Below, in pieces: positions 1-9,528 of a DNA stretch of 56,728 nt; the first letter of the stretch is position 1; each line of letters starts with the position of its first letter. The notes beneath the pieces were generated by a model. That model had not been told where the DNA came from. It did not search any database and saw only the letters and a program-made list of their open reading frames with translations. The position numbers and the translations under genes were made by a program. Origin of the DNA: Bacteroidaceae bacterium (GTDB lineage Bacteria; Bacteroidota; Bacteroidia; Bacteroidales; Bacteroidaceae); NCBI GenBank assembly GCA_018054715.1, contig JAGPIY010000001.1, positions 1 to 56,728 on the forward strand, in the 5' to 3' direction.

Positions 1-1558
1 TGGTTTCAAATTCGCTTACAATAGCGCCAGTGTCTCCTACTTGACCACCGCTTTCTGCATAGAAAGGAGTCTTATCCAGTACAATCTGGTAGAACGTTTT
101 GTTTTTTTGCTTGATTTGACGATATCGTAGGATCTCGGTATCGTGCTCGGTATAGTCGTAACCAACAAAAGTGGATTCTCCTTCTTTTATGCTGATCCAG
201 TCACCGGTTTCTACTGCCGCTGCATTACGGGCTCGTGCTTTTTGTTTCTGCATTTCTGCATTAAATTCTTCTGTATCTACACTCATCTCATTCTCGCGAA
301 GAATAAGTTCAGTAAGATCAAGAGGAAAACCATAAGTGTCGTAGAGAGTAAAGGCATCTATACCGTTAATCTTGTTTTTCCCAGCGATTTTGCTCTCGTC
401 AATTATTTTGTCGAGTAAACGAATACCTGTTTCAAGGGTGCGAAGAAAAGATTCTTCCTCTTCTTTGATGACTTTTGTAATGAGTTCTTTTTGTGCATTC
501 AGCTCAGGATAAGCTTCGCCCATATTTTCAATGAGTATGGGAAGAAGTTTATGCATGAAGGCATGTTTTTGATTTAGAAAAGTGTATCCATAACGTACGG
601 CACGGCGAAGGATACGACGAATGACATAGCCTGCTTTTGCATTACTCGGTAACTGACCATCTGTAATTGAGAAAGCGATAGTGCGTATATGATCGGCTAT
701 GACACGCATAGCAATATCTTGTTGCTTGTTTTTTCCATATTCTACTCCTGCTAATGCACCGATGGCATGAAGAATAGGTTGGAAGACATCTGTGTCGTAA
801 TTTGATATTTTTCCTTGTAAAGCCATGCAAAGACGCTCGAATCCCATGCCGGTATCTATGACTCTGGCAGGAAGTGGCTCTAATGTACTGTCAGCCTTTC
901 GGTTATACTGCATAAATACAAGATTCCATATTTCGATGACTTGAGGGTGACTTTGGTTTACGAGAGTGAGTCCGTTGACAAGAGCACGTTCTTCCTCAGA
1001 ACGCAGATCTATGTGGATCTCTGAGCAAGGACCGCAGGGACCAGTATCACCCATTTCCCAGAAGTTATCGTGTCGGTTACCATTGATAATGCGGTCTTTG
1101 GGAAGATATTGTTCCCAATAACCTGCAGCTTCGCTATCACGATCAAGTCCCTCCTCTTTGTGCCCCTCAAAGACAGTAGCATACAAACGATTTGGGTCGA
1201 GTTTTAAAATGACGACTAAATATTCCCAAGCCCAGTCGATTGCTTCTTTCTTGAAATAGTCACCGAAAGACCAGTTGCCTAACATCTCGAACATGGTATG
1301 GTGGTAAGTATCATGGCCAACTTCTTCCAAATCATTGTGTTTGCCGCTTACACGTAAACATTTTTGAGAATCAGCTACGCGCTTGTGTTTTGCTGTGGCG
1401 TTGCCCAAGATAATGTCCTTGAACTGATTCATACCTGCATTCGTAAACATAAGGGTGGGATCGTCTTTAATCACCATAGGGGCGGAGGGTACAATGGTAT
1501 GACCCTTCGAGGCGAAGAAATCTTTGAAAGATTCGCGGATTTGTTTTGCTGTCAACAT
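1..1558 (-). CDS. alaS: alanine--tRNA ligase, N-terminal ~519 codons (3' end lies beyond the window start)
   Basis: Absent from the ORF track because there is no stop codon inside the window. My reverse-strand translation from the ATG (complement of 1556-1558) reads [48 protein letters not shown]...[18 protein letters not shown]...[20 protein letters not shown], which is the class II AlaRS catalytic core. The frame stays open to position 1. Confidence 0.9.
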   Translation of the reverse strand, partial: MLTAKQIRESFKDFFASKGHTIVPSAPMVIKDDPTLMFTNAGMNQFKDIILGNATAKHKRVADSQKCLRVSGKHNDLEEVGHDTYHHTMFEMLGNWSFGDYFKKEAIDWAWEYLVVILKLDPNRLYATVFEGHKEEGLDRDSEAAGYWEQYLPKDRIINGNRHDNFWEMGDTGPCGPCSEIHIDLRSEEERALVNGLTLVNQSHPQVIEIWNLVFMQYNRKADSTLEPLPARVIDTGMGFERLCMALQGKISNYDTDVFQPILHAIGALAGVEYGKNKQQDIAMRVIADHIRTIAFSITDGQLPSNAKAGYVIRRILRRAVRYGYTFLNQKHAFMHKLLPILIENMGEAYPELNAQKELITKVIKEEEESFLRTLETGIRLLDKIIDESKIAGKNKINGIDAFTLYDTYGFPLDLTELILRENEMSVDTEEFNAEMQKQKARARNAAAVETGDWISIKEGESTFVGYDYTEHDTEILRYRQIKQKNKTFYQIVLDKTPFYAESGGQVGDTGAIVSEFET

Positions 1559-1618
1559 TTCTATTCTCGTTTTTTTATTATTTCTTGTTTTTATCTATTT
1601 TAATAGTAGATTAGCGCG

Positions 1619-1626
1619 CAAAGATA
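1619..1626 (-). promoter_or_regulatory. candidate Bacteroidota -7 promoter box (TAtcTTTG on minus strand) for alaS
   Basis: Plus strand CAAAGATA is TATCTTTG on the minus strand, about 60 nt upstream of the alaS ATG. Matches the published Bacteroides sigma-A -7 consensus TAnnTTTG. Confidence 0.45.
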
Positions 1627-1669
1627 CTATTTTTTTGCCAATTTTTTTGTAAAACTAGAGAGTTTTTTA

Positions 1670-1677
1670 TACTTTTG
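1670..1677 (+). promoter_or_regulatory. candidate -7 promoter box TActTTTG for the MerR-family gene
   Basis: TACTTTTG lies 22 nt upstream of the ATG at 1699. Confidence 0.45.
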
Positions 1678-1698
1678 TGCAGTAATATTCAAAAGACT

Positions 1699-2064
1699 AT
1701 GGTATATAATCGCAAGAAGAATTTGAAATTGTTCTACTCCATCACTGAGGTAGCTGAACTATTCGAGGTAAACCCCTCACTGCTTCGCTATTGGGAGAAG
1801 GAGTTTCCCCAAATTCGTCCTCAAAAGACAATGAAGGGAGTGCGCCAATACACCGAAGACGATATTAATAAAATTGGTTTAGTACATCATCTTGTAAAGG
1901 ATCTTGGACTTACTCTAGCTGGTGCAAGGCAACGAATGCGTGAGAATGCTTCAGCCGAAGATCATAACTTTGCAGTTATACAGCAATTGCAGGAAATTCG
2001 TGAGGAACTTGTTTTGATGAAGAAAGAAGTGGAAAGAATGGAACGCTTATCGAAACGTGGTTAA
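1699..2064 (+). CDS. MerR-family helix-turn-helix transcriptional regulator
   Basis: N-terminal HTH YSITEVAELFEVNPSLLRYWEKEF plus a C-terminal coiled-coil-like tail. Start moved from the track TTG (1675, which overlaps the -7 box) to the ATG at 1699 (MVYNRKKNL...). Confidence 0.7.
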   Translation: MVYNRKKNLKLFYSITEVAELFEVNPSLLRYWEKEFPQIRPQKTMKGVRQYTEDDINKIGLVHHLVKDLGLTLAGARQRMRENASAEDHNFAVIQQLQEIREELVLMKKEVERMERLSKRG

Positions 2065-2375
2065 TCGAGTACTTCCATTAAAGTAGGAATACCAATAACC
2101 TTGTCCTTAAATATTCTTATCATTTCTTCGTTTAATGACATACCTTGTTGAGTATGCCAAGTGTGAAGGTCTGCACTTGTAGCGACCTCCCATTGTAAAG
2201 AGATACATTCGCTGTCATTTTCTTGATGCGAAAGAATACGGCAGATGCGTGGATTCTTTAAAAGAGAATCTTGTCCTAGTTTTTCTATCTCCGGAATATA
2301 TACTTCGTGTAGCCAAATGTAAAAATGTTTGGCATGATCGATTTCAATATGATAAGTGGTATTATAAATAAGCAT
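2061..2375 (-). CDS. DUF4286-family protein
   Basis: MLIYNTTYHIEIDHAKHFYIWLHEVYIPE... resembles the small conserved Bacteroidota DUF4286 family. Start taken at the internal ATG (2375), just downstream of the relA/spoT stop. Confidence 0.55.
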   Translation of the reverse strand: MLIYNTTYHIEIDHAKHFYIWLHEVYIPEIEKLGQDSLLKNPRICRILSHQENDSECISLQWEVATSADLHTWHTQQGMSLNEEMIRIFKDKVIGIPTLMEVLD

Positions 2376-2388
2376 ATATTTTTCTTTA

Positions 2389-4677
2389 TTATTCGTCAAT
2401 TCGTTTAATTTCTTTTAGAGATTTGATTCGATGAAGTGCATGAATTAAAAATTTTACTTCTTCTACATCGTATACGTGAACTACCATATTTGCTTCGAAA
2501 ATGCCATCGTTGGTGTCAATGTTAATTTGGCGAATGTCGAGAGCTTGCTCTAATGAAATAATTTGCGTGATTTGGTTTAAAATGCCACGCTCATCAATTC
2601 CTTTTAGATAAATACTGACAGGGAATGTCATCTCTCTTTTCATATCCCATTTAACAGCAATGAGACGATTTCCGTAACTACTTTTTAATTTGGCTGCAAT
2701 GCTACATTGGCGCTTGTGAATTAGAATGTGCTTTTGTTCGTCAACATATCCTAAAACATCATCTCCGGGTATTGGTTTACAACAAGGAGCCATTTTAACC
2801 TCTTCGCGCAATACTTCTTCTGTAAGATATAGCACTTTCTTAGGATCGACTTTCTCGGGAAGAGCTTTTTCTTCTTCTTTTTCCTTTGGTGTCTTGTTGA
2901 GTACTCCCAGAAGTGGAATATAACGTTTCCAACCTTTTACAGTAGTTCTTTCTTTTAGCTCATTAAGATCGTTTTCTCCTATTTTTAAAGATTCATCTCC
3001 AATAGCTGCAAAAAGTTGTTCGCGACTATCTAATTGATGTAGTCTACAAAGTTTATTGATTGCACTAGAATCGAGTAGGATATTCTCTTCTTTTAGTAGG
3101 TCGCTTAGTATCTCTTCTCCACGCTTTTCTTTAGCGCGTAGCTCTTTATTTAGAATGCTACTAATTTTCTGTTTTGCACGTGCTGTGGTTACAAAAGTAG
3201 CCCAAATAGGCTTTACTCGTTGTGCTTTTGAAGTAAGAATCTCTACCTGATCTCCACTTTGCAATTTGTAGCTTAAGGGCACTAATTTATGATTGACTTT
3301 TGCACCGATGCAATGACTTCCTACGTAAGAATGAATGGAAAAAGCAAAATCAAGCGCAGTACAGTTTTGTGGCATTGTTTTAATTTCACCTTTGGGGGTG
3401 AACACAAATATCTCGCTTGCAAAAAGATTTAATTTGATTGTATCCAAGAAGTCCATTGCATCGGGCTGTGGATCGTCTAAAATTTCTTTAATAGTTTTAA
3501 GCCATTTTTCTAATTCACCTTCATCCTCACTAATAGTTCCTTCTTTATATTTCCAATGGGCAGCAAAACCCTGTTCGGCTATTTCATCCATTCGTGTAGA
3601 ACGAATTTGAACTTCAATCCATTGCCCCTCATTACTCATTAAGGTAACATGCAGAGCTTGATAGCCATTTACTTTAGGACGGCTAACCCAGTCACGTAGG
3701 CGGTCGGGATGAGGTTTATATATTTTAGAGAGTGCTACGTAAATAGCAAAACATAAATTGGTCTCTTCTTTCCCTTCTTTAGGATCAAAAATGATGCGCA
3801 CGGCCATTAAATCATATACCTCCTCAAAGGGGAGATGTTTGGTCTGCATCTTATTCCAGATAGAATAAACCGATTTTACACGCTTCTTGATCTGATAAGT
3901 TAGCCCCATCTGATTGAGGGCCTCACAAATTGGTTGTGTGAATTTTTCGAAAGATTCGTCTCGATTGGCTTCACTTGCTTTGAGCTTTTTCTCAATATCA
4001 GCGTATGCCTCAGGATGTTCGTACTTAAAACTTAAATTCTCAAGTTCTGTTTTTATCTTGTTTATTCCGAGCCGATTAGCTAAAGGAGCGTAAATATATA
4101 ACGTCTCTCCGGCAATTTTATATTGTTTATTGGGGGCCATGGAACCGAGTGTTCGCATATTGTGTAGTCGGTCGGCCATTTTTATTAAGATGACGCGAAT
4201 GTCATCATTCATCGTAAGTAAAAGCTTTTTGAAATTTTCTGCTTGTGCAGAAGCTTTGTCACCGAAAATTCCTCCTGATATTTTAGTAAGACCGTCTACT
4301 AGCTGAGCTATTTTAGAGCCGAAGATATTTTCCATATCTTCTATAGTATAATCCGTATCTTCTACTACATCATGAAGAAGCGCTGCACAAATGGATGTGG
4401 AGCCTAGCCCGATTTCGCTACAAACAATTTTTGCTACGGAAATAGGGTGTAAAATATATGGTTCACCACTCTTACGTTTTACTCCTTTGTGAGCTTGTTT
4501 TGCAAAGTTGAAAGCAGAAGTGATGCGTTCTATGCGTTTTCGATGCTTAGTTGCTAAATAAGCTTTAAGTAAATCATCGAAGGCATCTTGTATCAACTTG
4601 TCATCCGCCAGTTCTTTTAGTTCTTCTGGTGAAAGAGTTGTCTCTTTGGGAATATTCGGTGTGTTCAGGTTCTCCAT
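2389..4677 (-). CDS. spoT: bifunctional RelA/SpoT-family (p)ppGpp synthetase/hydrolase
   Basis: 762 aa. HD hydrolase motif (HPISVA...LLHDVVEDT), RelA_SpoT synthetase region (YQALHVTL, EVQIRS), TGS-like region (VFTPKGEIKTMP) and a C-terminal ACT-like region. Confidence 0.9.
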   Translation of the reverse strand: MENLNTPNIPKETTLSPEELKELADDKLIQDAFDDLLKAYLATKHRKRIERITSAFNFAKQAHKGVKRKSGEPYILHPISVAKIVCSEIGLGSTSICAALLHDVVEDTDYTIEDMENIFGSKIAQLVDGLTKISGGIFGDKASAQAENFKKLLLTMNDDIRVILIKMADRLHNMRTLGSMAPNKQYKIAGETLYIYAPLANRLGINKIKTELENLSFKYEHPEAYADIEKKLKASEANRDESFEKFTQPICEALNQMGLTYQIKKRVKSVYSIWNKMQTKHLPFEEVYDLMAVRIIFDPKEGKEETNLCFAIYVALSKIYKPHPDRLRDWVSRPKVNGYQALHVTLMSNEGQWIEVQIRSTRMDEIAEQGFAAHWKYKEGTISEDEGELEKWLKTIKEILDDPQPDAMDFLDTIKLNLFASEIFVFTPKGEIKTMPQNCTALDFAFSIHSYVGSHCIGAKVNHKLVPLSYKLQSGDQVEILTSKAQRVKPIWATFVTTARAKQKISSILNKELRAKEKRGEEILSDLLKEENILLDSSAINKLCRLHQLDSREQLFAAIGDESLKIGENDLNELKERTTVKGWKRYIPLLGVLNKTPKEKEEEKALPEKVDPKKVLYLTEEVLREEVKMAPCCKPIPGDDVLGYVDEQKHILIHKRQCSIAAKLKSSYGNRLIAVKWDMKREMTFPVSIYLKGIDERGILNQITQIISLEQALDIRQINIDTNDGIFEANMVVHVYDVEEVKFLIHALHRIKSLKEIKRIDE

Positions 4678-4695
4678 AAGTCCATTTTTTTAGGT

Positions 4696-6024
4696 TTATT
4701 TCCCTATTTTCAAGGATTTTCCGGCACGGATATTATTCCCTTTTATGCCATTCATCTTTTTAAGTTGTTTTACTGTTACACCATAGCGTGAAGCGATGCT
4801 CAGTAATGTATCACCTTTTCGAATGGTATGTCTGCTTATTGCTCTTTTTCGAATAGCTTTTGTTCTAGTTTTACTAGGTGCTACAACGGTTGTTGTATTA
4901 GTGGGCTCTGCCACTGTCTCCTCAGGGACCTCAACCGTTTTACGGTTGGTAAGATAAGTTTCTGCCAGATATTGGTAAGCCGAATCCCCTTTGTCGATAA
5001 ATGCGTTTAATCCTTCGATAGGTAATCGTAATGTATAACGATTGCCTCCAGGGATGATGTCTGCTTTATATTGTGGATTTAGAGCACGTATTTCTTCGAT
5101 AGGTACATTGGTTATTCCTTCAATCTGTTTAAAATGAATCCGATTGGTGATTTCAATGGTATCGGTAGTTAGAGAAATATCTGCTTTCATTGGGCTGATA
5201 CCATGTTCACAATAGTAGTTCATTACATAATTAGCAGCGATAAATGCAGGTACATAGCCGCGTGTTTCTCTGGGAAGATAATTGTAGATGGTCCAGTAAT
5301 CTTTTACTCCTCCTGCACGATGAATAGCTTTGTTTACGGCATTTGGTCCACAATTATAAGCGGCAATAACAAGATTCCAATCTCCGAAGATTCCATATAA
5401 TTCTTTTAAATAATGTGCAGCGGCCCAAGAGGATTTAATTGGATCACGCCGATCGTCTATAAGGCTATTGCTTTCCAGGCCCATTTGTTTAGCTGAAGTT
5501 AGCATAAATTGCCATAGTCCTACAGCTCCTGCTCTTGACTGTGCCGTAGGATCGAGTGCACTTTCAATTATAGGCAAGTATTTTAGCTCAAGTGGAAGTC
5601 CGTATGCATCGAGTGCTTCTTCAAAGATAGGCATATAAAAGTTTGCAGCTCCGAGCATGAATGAAACTTTTTTACGATTTGATCCGGTATAAAAATCAAT
5701 CATTTTACGTACTACCGGATTGTAGGTCATCTCCATGATTGTAGGCATTGCTGTTAATCGATCAATATACTCTTTGTCAGTGAATGAAGCACTCTCATCG
5801 AATGCTTCGTAACTAGAGTCGACTGTTATAAACTGTTTTGCATGCCATCTGCTGAGAATGCTATCAATATCAGCAGTCATACTTTGTGGTAACTCAAGGC
5901 TATCGATAGGGGTGACCACGTCTTTATTTTCTTCTGTGGTTTTCGGCAAGATTGCTGGTTGTTGTGCAAAGGCAACATTTAAACTTAGCAGTATTGCGGG
6001 AATTACTAAAAGTTTTTTATTCAT
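4696..6024 (-). CDS. lytic murein transglycosylase (MltD-like) with C-terminal LysM domain
   Basis: Signal peptide. SLT catalytic motif IIESALDPTAQSRAGAVGLWQFM...AYNCGPNAV. C-terminal LysM HTIRKGDTLLSIASRYGVTVKQLKKMNGI. Confidence 0.85.
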   Translation of the reverse strand: MNKKLLVIPAILLSLNVAFAQQPAILPKTTEENKDVVTPIDSLELPQSMTADIDSILSRWHAKQFITVDSSYEAFDESASFTDKEYIDRLTAMPTIMEMTYNPVVRKMIDFYTGSNRKKVSFMLGAANFYMPIFEEALDAYGLPLELKYLPIIESALDPTAQSRAGAVGLWQFMLTSAKQMGLESNSLIDDRRDPIKSSWAAAHYLKELYGIFGDWNLVIAAYNCGPNAVNKAIHRAGGVKDYWTIYNYLPRETRGYVPAFIAANYVMNYYCEHGISPMKADISLTTDTIEITNRIHFKQIEGITNVPIEEIRALNPQYKADIIPGGNRYTLRLPIEGLNAFIDKGDSAYQYLAETYLTNRKTVEVPEETVAEPTNTTTVVAPSKTRTKAIRKRAISRHTIRKGDTLLSIASRYGVTVKQLKKMNGIKGNNIRAGKSLKIGK

Positions 6025-6028
6025 GAGT

Positions 6029-6805
6029 CTATTTTAATTTAATGCTACATTGCAGTCCAAACACATTGTTTCTAGAGCGTTGGTCGTTAAAAATAGCGGG
6101 TTCTATATGAAGCCCAATGTCGGGCGTGATGTCAAAATTAGAGAGCTCTGCATCTACATACGCATCAATTATCGAAATAAGATATACCCCGATAAATGCG
6201 AAGATACTGAGATCACGTTGTCGCCGAAAGGTGTTTTTTTTATTTTTAAAAACTTCTTTAAGCCAATCTTCCCGTCCTTCTATGTCGTAATTGATAGGTA
6301 AGAAATTTAAATAACTAGCCGATTTTGGATCATCATCCATAATGTCAAGGTAGGCTTGTGAATAGTCGGAATAATACTTTTGATTCCAATTTAAAGCATA
6401 TGCACAGCCAATAAAACCTCCATAGATAATAGGTAGTTTCCAAAACTTACGATTGTAAATTTGTCCTCCTCCCGGAAATATCACTGCAAGCCAAGTTGCT
6501 TTTTTTGAATCTGGAACAAAGAGCTTCTTTGTCTTAAAAGAATGGTTTATAGAATCTAGCTTAGCTGCTATTTCTTCTGTGTTAAAAGGCTTTGTAGTTT
6601 CATCCATACTATGTCCATTAAGCTTTGCTAATGAATCAGCATTAGCAGGAGGAATGCTGTCTGCAATAAAGTGCCCTACCTCTCGCCGGCGTTGTGCTTT
6701 TGGTCGTCCATCGTCGTTCTGTGCCCAAAGGTTGCCTGCTATTTGTGGAAGAATACAAATAAAGAGGCTCAGTGCCCAACGATATGTTATAGTTTTTAAT
6801 CTCAC
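6029..6805 (-). CDS. DUF5683-family membrane protein
   Basis: Motif WLAVIFPGGGQIYNRKFWKLPIIYGGFIGCAYALNWN and its position directly downstream of parB, as is typical in Bacteroidota. Confidence 0.65.
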   Translation of the reverse strand: MRLKTITYRWALSLFICILPQIAGNLWAQNDDGRPKAQRRREVGHFIADSIPPANADSLAKLNGHSMDETTKPFNTEEIAAKLDSINHSFKTKKLFVPDSKKATWLAVIFPGGGQIYNRKFWKLPIIYGGFIGCAYALNWNQKYYSDYSQAYLDIMDDDPKSASYLNFLPINYDIEGREDWLKEVFKNKKNTFRRQRDLSIFAFIGVYLISIIDAYVDAELSNFDITPDIGLHIEPAIFNDQRSRNNVFGLQCSIKLK

Positions 6806-6817
6806 CTGTATAACTCC

Positions 6818-7705
6818 TTAGTTTTTTAGGCTATCGAATAGAGCCATAATACGTACCATATCTTCTTCGTCTTTAAAAGGAATTGTTATTTTACCTTTTC
6901 CTTTTTCATTGCATTGCAGTTGTATTTCACTATGAAAAAAACGAGTAAGATGTTCTTTTAATAGACTAAATTCGGCCGATGCTTTTCCAATCTCTTTTAA
7001 CTTTTTCTTAGCTTCTCCAGGTGTATTCTCTGCGTTTAGAGTTTTTACAAGTTCTTCTACTTTACGTACAGAATAGCCCTCAGAGAGAATCTCTTTATAA
7101 AGTTTCATTTGTAGCTTAGGATCTTCTAATGCAATTAAGGCACGAGCATGACCCATGTCAATATGTTTGTTTTGTAGTGCTACCTGTATTAAAGCAGGAA
7201 GTTTAAGAAGGCGTAGATAATTTGCAATGGTCGTACGTTTTTTTCCAACTCGTTCACTAAGCCTTTCTTGTGTTAAATCATATTGCTCAATAAGATGCTG
7301 ATAGGCCAATGCTATTTCTAATGAATTGAGATCTTCACGCTGAATATTTTCAATGAGAGCCATTTCCATGACATTCTCATCGTCTGCAGTACGTATATAG
7401 GCTGCAATGGTTTTTAATCCTGCTAATATTGAAGCACGATATCGGCGTTCTCCTGCGATAATCTGATATTGATTGTCTGTGATTTTTCGGAGTGTGATAG
7501 GTTGAATTATTCCAATCTCTTTTATGGAATCGGCTAATTCCTGCAAAGCCTCTTCGTCAAATTCGCGTCGAGGCTGATCGGGATTTCGCACAATCTTGGA
7601 GAGCTCGATCTCGTTAATTGATGAAGAGCCTTCTGTTTTTATCTCTTCACTAGCTAGAAGGGCATCAAGGCCTCTTCCTAGTGGAAATTTCTTATGTATT
7701 GCCAT
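6818..7705 (-). CDS. parB: chromosome partitioning protein ParB
   Basis: ParB box GIIQPITLRK...IIAGERRYRAS, an HTH region, and a position immediately downstream of parA. Confidence 0.92.
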   Translation of the reverse strand: MAIHKKFPLGRGLDALLASEEIKTEGSSSINEIELSKIVRNPDQPRREFDEEALQELADSIKEIGIIQPITLRKITDNQYQIIAGERRYRASILAGLKTIAAYIRTADDENVMEMALIENIQREDLNSLEIALAYQHLIEQYDLTQERLSERVGKKRTTIANYLRLLKLPALIQVALQNKHIDMGHARALIALEDPKLQMKLYKEILSEGYSVRKVEELVKTLNAENTPGEAKKKLKEIGKASAEFSLLKEHLTRFFHSEIQLQCNEKGKGKITIPFKDEEDMVRIMALFDSLKN

Positions 7706-7713
7706 GGTCCGGT

Positions 7714-8481
7714 TTATTTTTCGTTCTTTTCAATAATTTCCTTTGCAAGTGCAAGATGATTTCGTGATCCTGCAGAATCGGCATCGAATAAGATAGAAGG
7801 TTGCCCATGACTTTGAGCTTCGCTTACTTTTACGTTTCGCTGAATGACAGTGGTAAATACGAGTTCCTGAAAATGACGTTTCACTTCTTCGTATACCTGA
7901 TTAGCTAAGCGAAGTCGAGAATCGTACATAGTAAGTAGAAAGCCCTCAATTTCCAACTGCGGATTGAGGCGATTCTTAATAATCTTAATGGTGTTCAGCA
8001 GCTTACTAATTCCTTCTAATGCAAAATATTCGCATTGTACCGGGATTATTACAGAATCGGAAGCGGTAAGTGAATTAACCGTAATGAGTCCTAGTGAGGG
8101 AGAACAATCTATTAAAATATAGTCGTATTCTTCTTTTAGCGGAGCTATTAAGCTTTTTAGCACGTATTCTCGATTCTCTGTGTGGAGCATCTCTATTTCT
8201 GCTCCGACTAAATCGATTGATGATGCAATGATATCCAATCCATCAATATCGGTGGTGTAAATTGCTTCGTGCGGATCAACATGGTTAATGAGGCATTCGT
8301 AAATGCTGCATTCTACATCTTTTATGTCTACTCCCAGGCCTGATGAAGCGTTAGCTTGCGGATCGGCATCTATCACAAGAACCTTTTTCTCGAGAGTGGC
8401 AAGAGAAGCCGCAAGATTGATGGTGGTAGTGGTTTTTCCTACGCCGCCCTTTTGGTTTGCTAGTGCAATAGTCTTTCCCAT
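7714..8481 (-). CDS. parA: ParA/Soj chromosome partitioning ATPase
   Basis: Deviant Walker A ANQKGGVGKTTT, plus LVIDADPQANAS and IIPVQCEYFALEG. Confidence 0.93.
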   Translation of the reverse strand: MGKTIALANQKGGVGKTTTTINLAASLATLEKKVLVIDADPQANASSGLGVDIKDVECSIYECLINHVDPHEAIYTTDIDGLDIIASSIDLVGAEIEMLHTENREYVLKSLIAPLKEEYDYILIDCSPSLGLITVNSLTASDSVIIPVQCEYFALEGISKLLNTIKIIKNRLNPQLEIEGFLLTMYDSRLRLANQVYEEVKRHFQELVFTTVIQRNVKVSEAQSHGQPSILFDADSAGSRNHLALAKEIIEKNEK

Positions 8482-8566
8482 AAGTTATATCTCTATTGTT
8501 TAACGACGCAAAGTAAATGATATTTTTTCACTCGTTACGCATAAACAAATGCCTGTTTTTTATTTC

Positions 8567-8599
8567 TGTTGATAACTTGGCTATTTTGTTCATAACTTG
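8567..8599. repeat. 13-nt direct repeat TGTT(G/C)ATAACTTG x2, start-to-start spacing 20 nt
   Basis: Copies at 8567-8579 (tgttgataacttg) and 8587-8599 (tgttcataacttg), 12 of 13 identical, abutting the predicted parA -7 box. Confidence 0.7.
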
Positions 8600-8602
8600 T
8601 TG

Positions 8603-8610
8603 CAAAGATA
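8603..8610 (-). promoter_or_regulatory. candidate -7 box (TAtcTTTG on minus strand) for the parA operon
   Basis: Plus strand CAAAGATA in the context ttgcaaagatact. The same extended sequence recurs at 1619 and 30878. Confidence 0.45.
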
Positions 8611-8737
8611 CTCCTTTTCTGTGAAACATAAAAATAATCGTGGAACAAACGCCTTCTTTTCACCTTATTTATAAAAAGCCTTCCCAAATTGTCTAAAATT
8701 CATGGTTTATGCTACTTTAAGTCTCGTTTTTTTTACG

Positions 8738-8745
8738 TAATTTTG
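8738..8745 (+). promoter_or_regulatory. candidate -7 box TAatTTTG for surE-lpxB
   Basis: TAATTTTG lies 19 nt upstream of the surE ATG. Confidence 0.45.
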
Positions 8746-8763
8746 TAGCCAAAAGAAAAGACT

Positions 8764-9528
8764 ATGCAGAGACCCCTTATTCTTATTTCGAATGACGATG
8801 GTATTCAGGCTCCAGGACTAAACGAATTGATTCGTTTCGTAAGTAGCTTTGGTGATGTTCTAGTAGTAGCTCCTGATTCTCCTCGTTCGGGTGCAGCTTG
8901 TTCATTGAGTGTGCAGAATCCAATTACGCATACGCTGGTTCGTCGTGATCCGGGGTTATCCGTTTATAAATGTTCCGGAACTCCTTCCGACTGTATTAAA
9001 TTAGCGAAACATGACTTACTGGGTGATCGTAAACCGGATTTGGTTCTTGGAGGAATTAACCATGGCGATAATACAGCAACTAATGTGCATTATTCGGGTA
9101 CCATGGGGGTGGTTATTGAGGGATGTCTTTCGGGTATACCCTCAATTGGTTTTTCAGTCGAAAGTCATGACCTTCATGCCAAATTTGATCATTGCCGTGA
9201 AGTAGTAAGAAAGATTGTTAGGTCTGTTTTGGAAGACGGACTTCCTGTCGGCATTTGTTTAAATGTAAATATGCCCTCTGAAGGAGATATTAAAGGAATT
9301 CGTATTTGCCGTCAGGCTCGTGGAGTTTGGAAGCAAGAATGGGATAAACGGGTACGCAGTAATGGGCAAACTTATTTCTGGCTGATGGGACGTTTCGAAA
9401 ATCAGGAACCTGAAGCTGAAGACACCGATACATGGGGTATGCAGCATGGCTATGCTGCTATTACACCTACTAAAATTGATGTGACGGCTTATGAATATAT
9501 GAGCTTATTAGAAAAAAGATTCGAGTGA
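8764..9528 (+). CDS. surE: 5'/3'-nucleotidase SurE
   Basis: N-terminal ILISNDDGIQAPGL, plus GINHGDN and SGTMGVVIEG. Confidence 0.92.
   Translation: MQRPLILISNDDGIQAPGLNELIRFVSSFGDVLVVAPDSPRSGAACSLSVQNPITHTLVRRDPGLSVYKCSGTPSDCIKLAKHDLLGDRKPDLVLGGINHGDNTATNVHYSGTMGVVIEGCLSGIPSIGFSVESHDLHAKFDHCREVVRKIVRSVLEDGLPVGICLNVNMPSEGDIKGIRICRQARGVWKQEWDKRVRSNGQTYFWLMGRFENQEPEAEDTDTWGMQHGYAAITPTKIDVTAYEYMSLLEKRFE

Noticed and set aside
143-1603. Track ORFs 143-418 (+), 642-830 (-) and 1364-1603 (+).
   Set aside because: All three lie inside the alaS coding region, which is on the minus strand in a different frame and is missed by the track because it runs off the window edge.
2061-2064. The MerR-family gene and the DUF4286 gene converge and share the palindrome TTAA as overlapping stop codons.
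   Set aside because: This is a trivial 4-nt overlap of stop codons with no further implication.
8482-8763. Possible oriC or parS in the parA/surE intergenic region. The DnaA-box-like TGTTGATAA is at 8567 and the parS half-site GTGAAACA is at 8621-8628.
   Set aside because: There is only one near-consensus DnaA-like box and only half of the parS palindrome. I see no cluster of boxes and no distinct AT-rich unwinding element, so the evidence is insufficient for an origin or centromere call.
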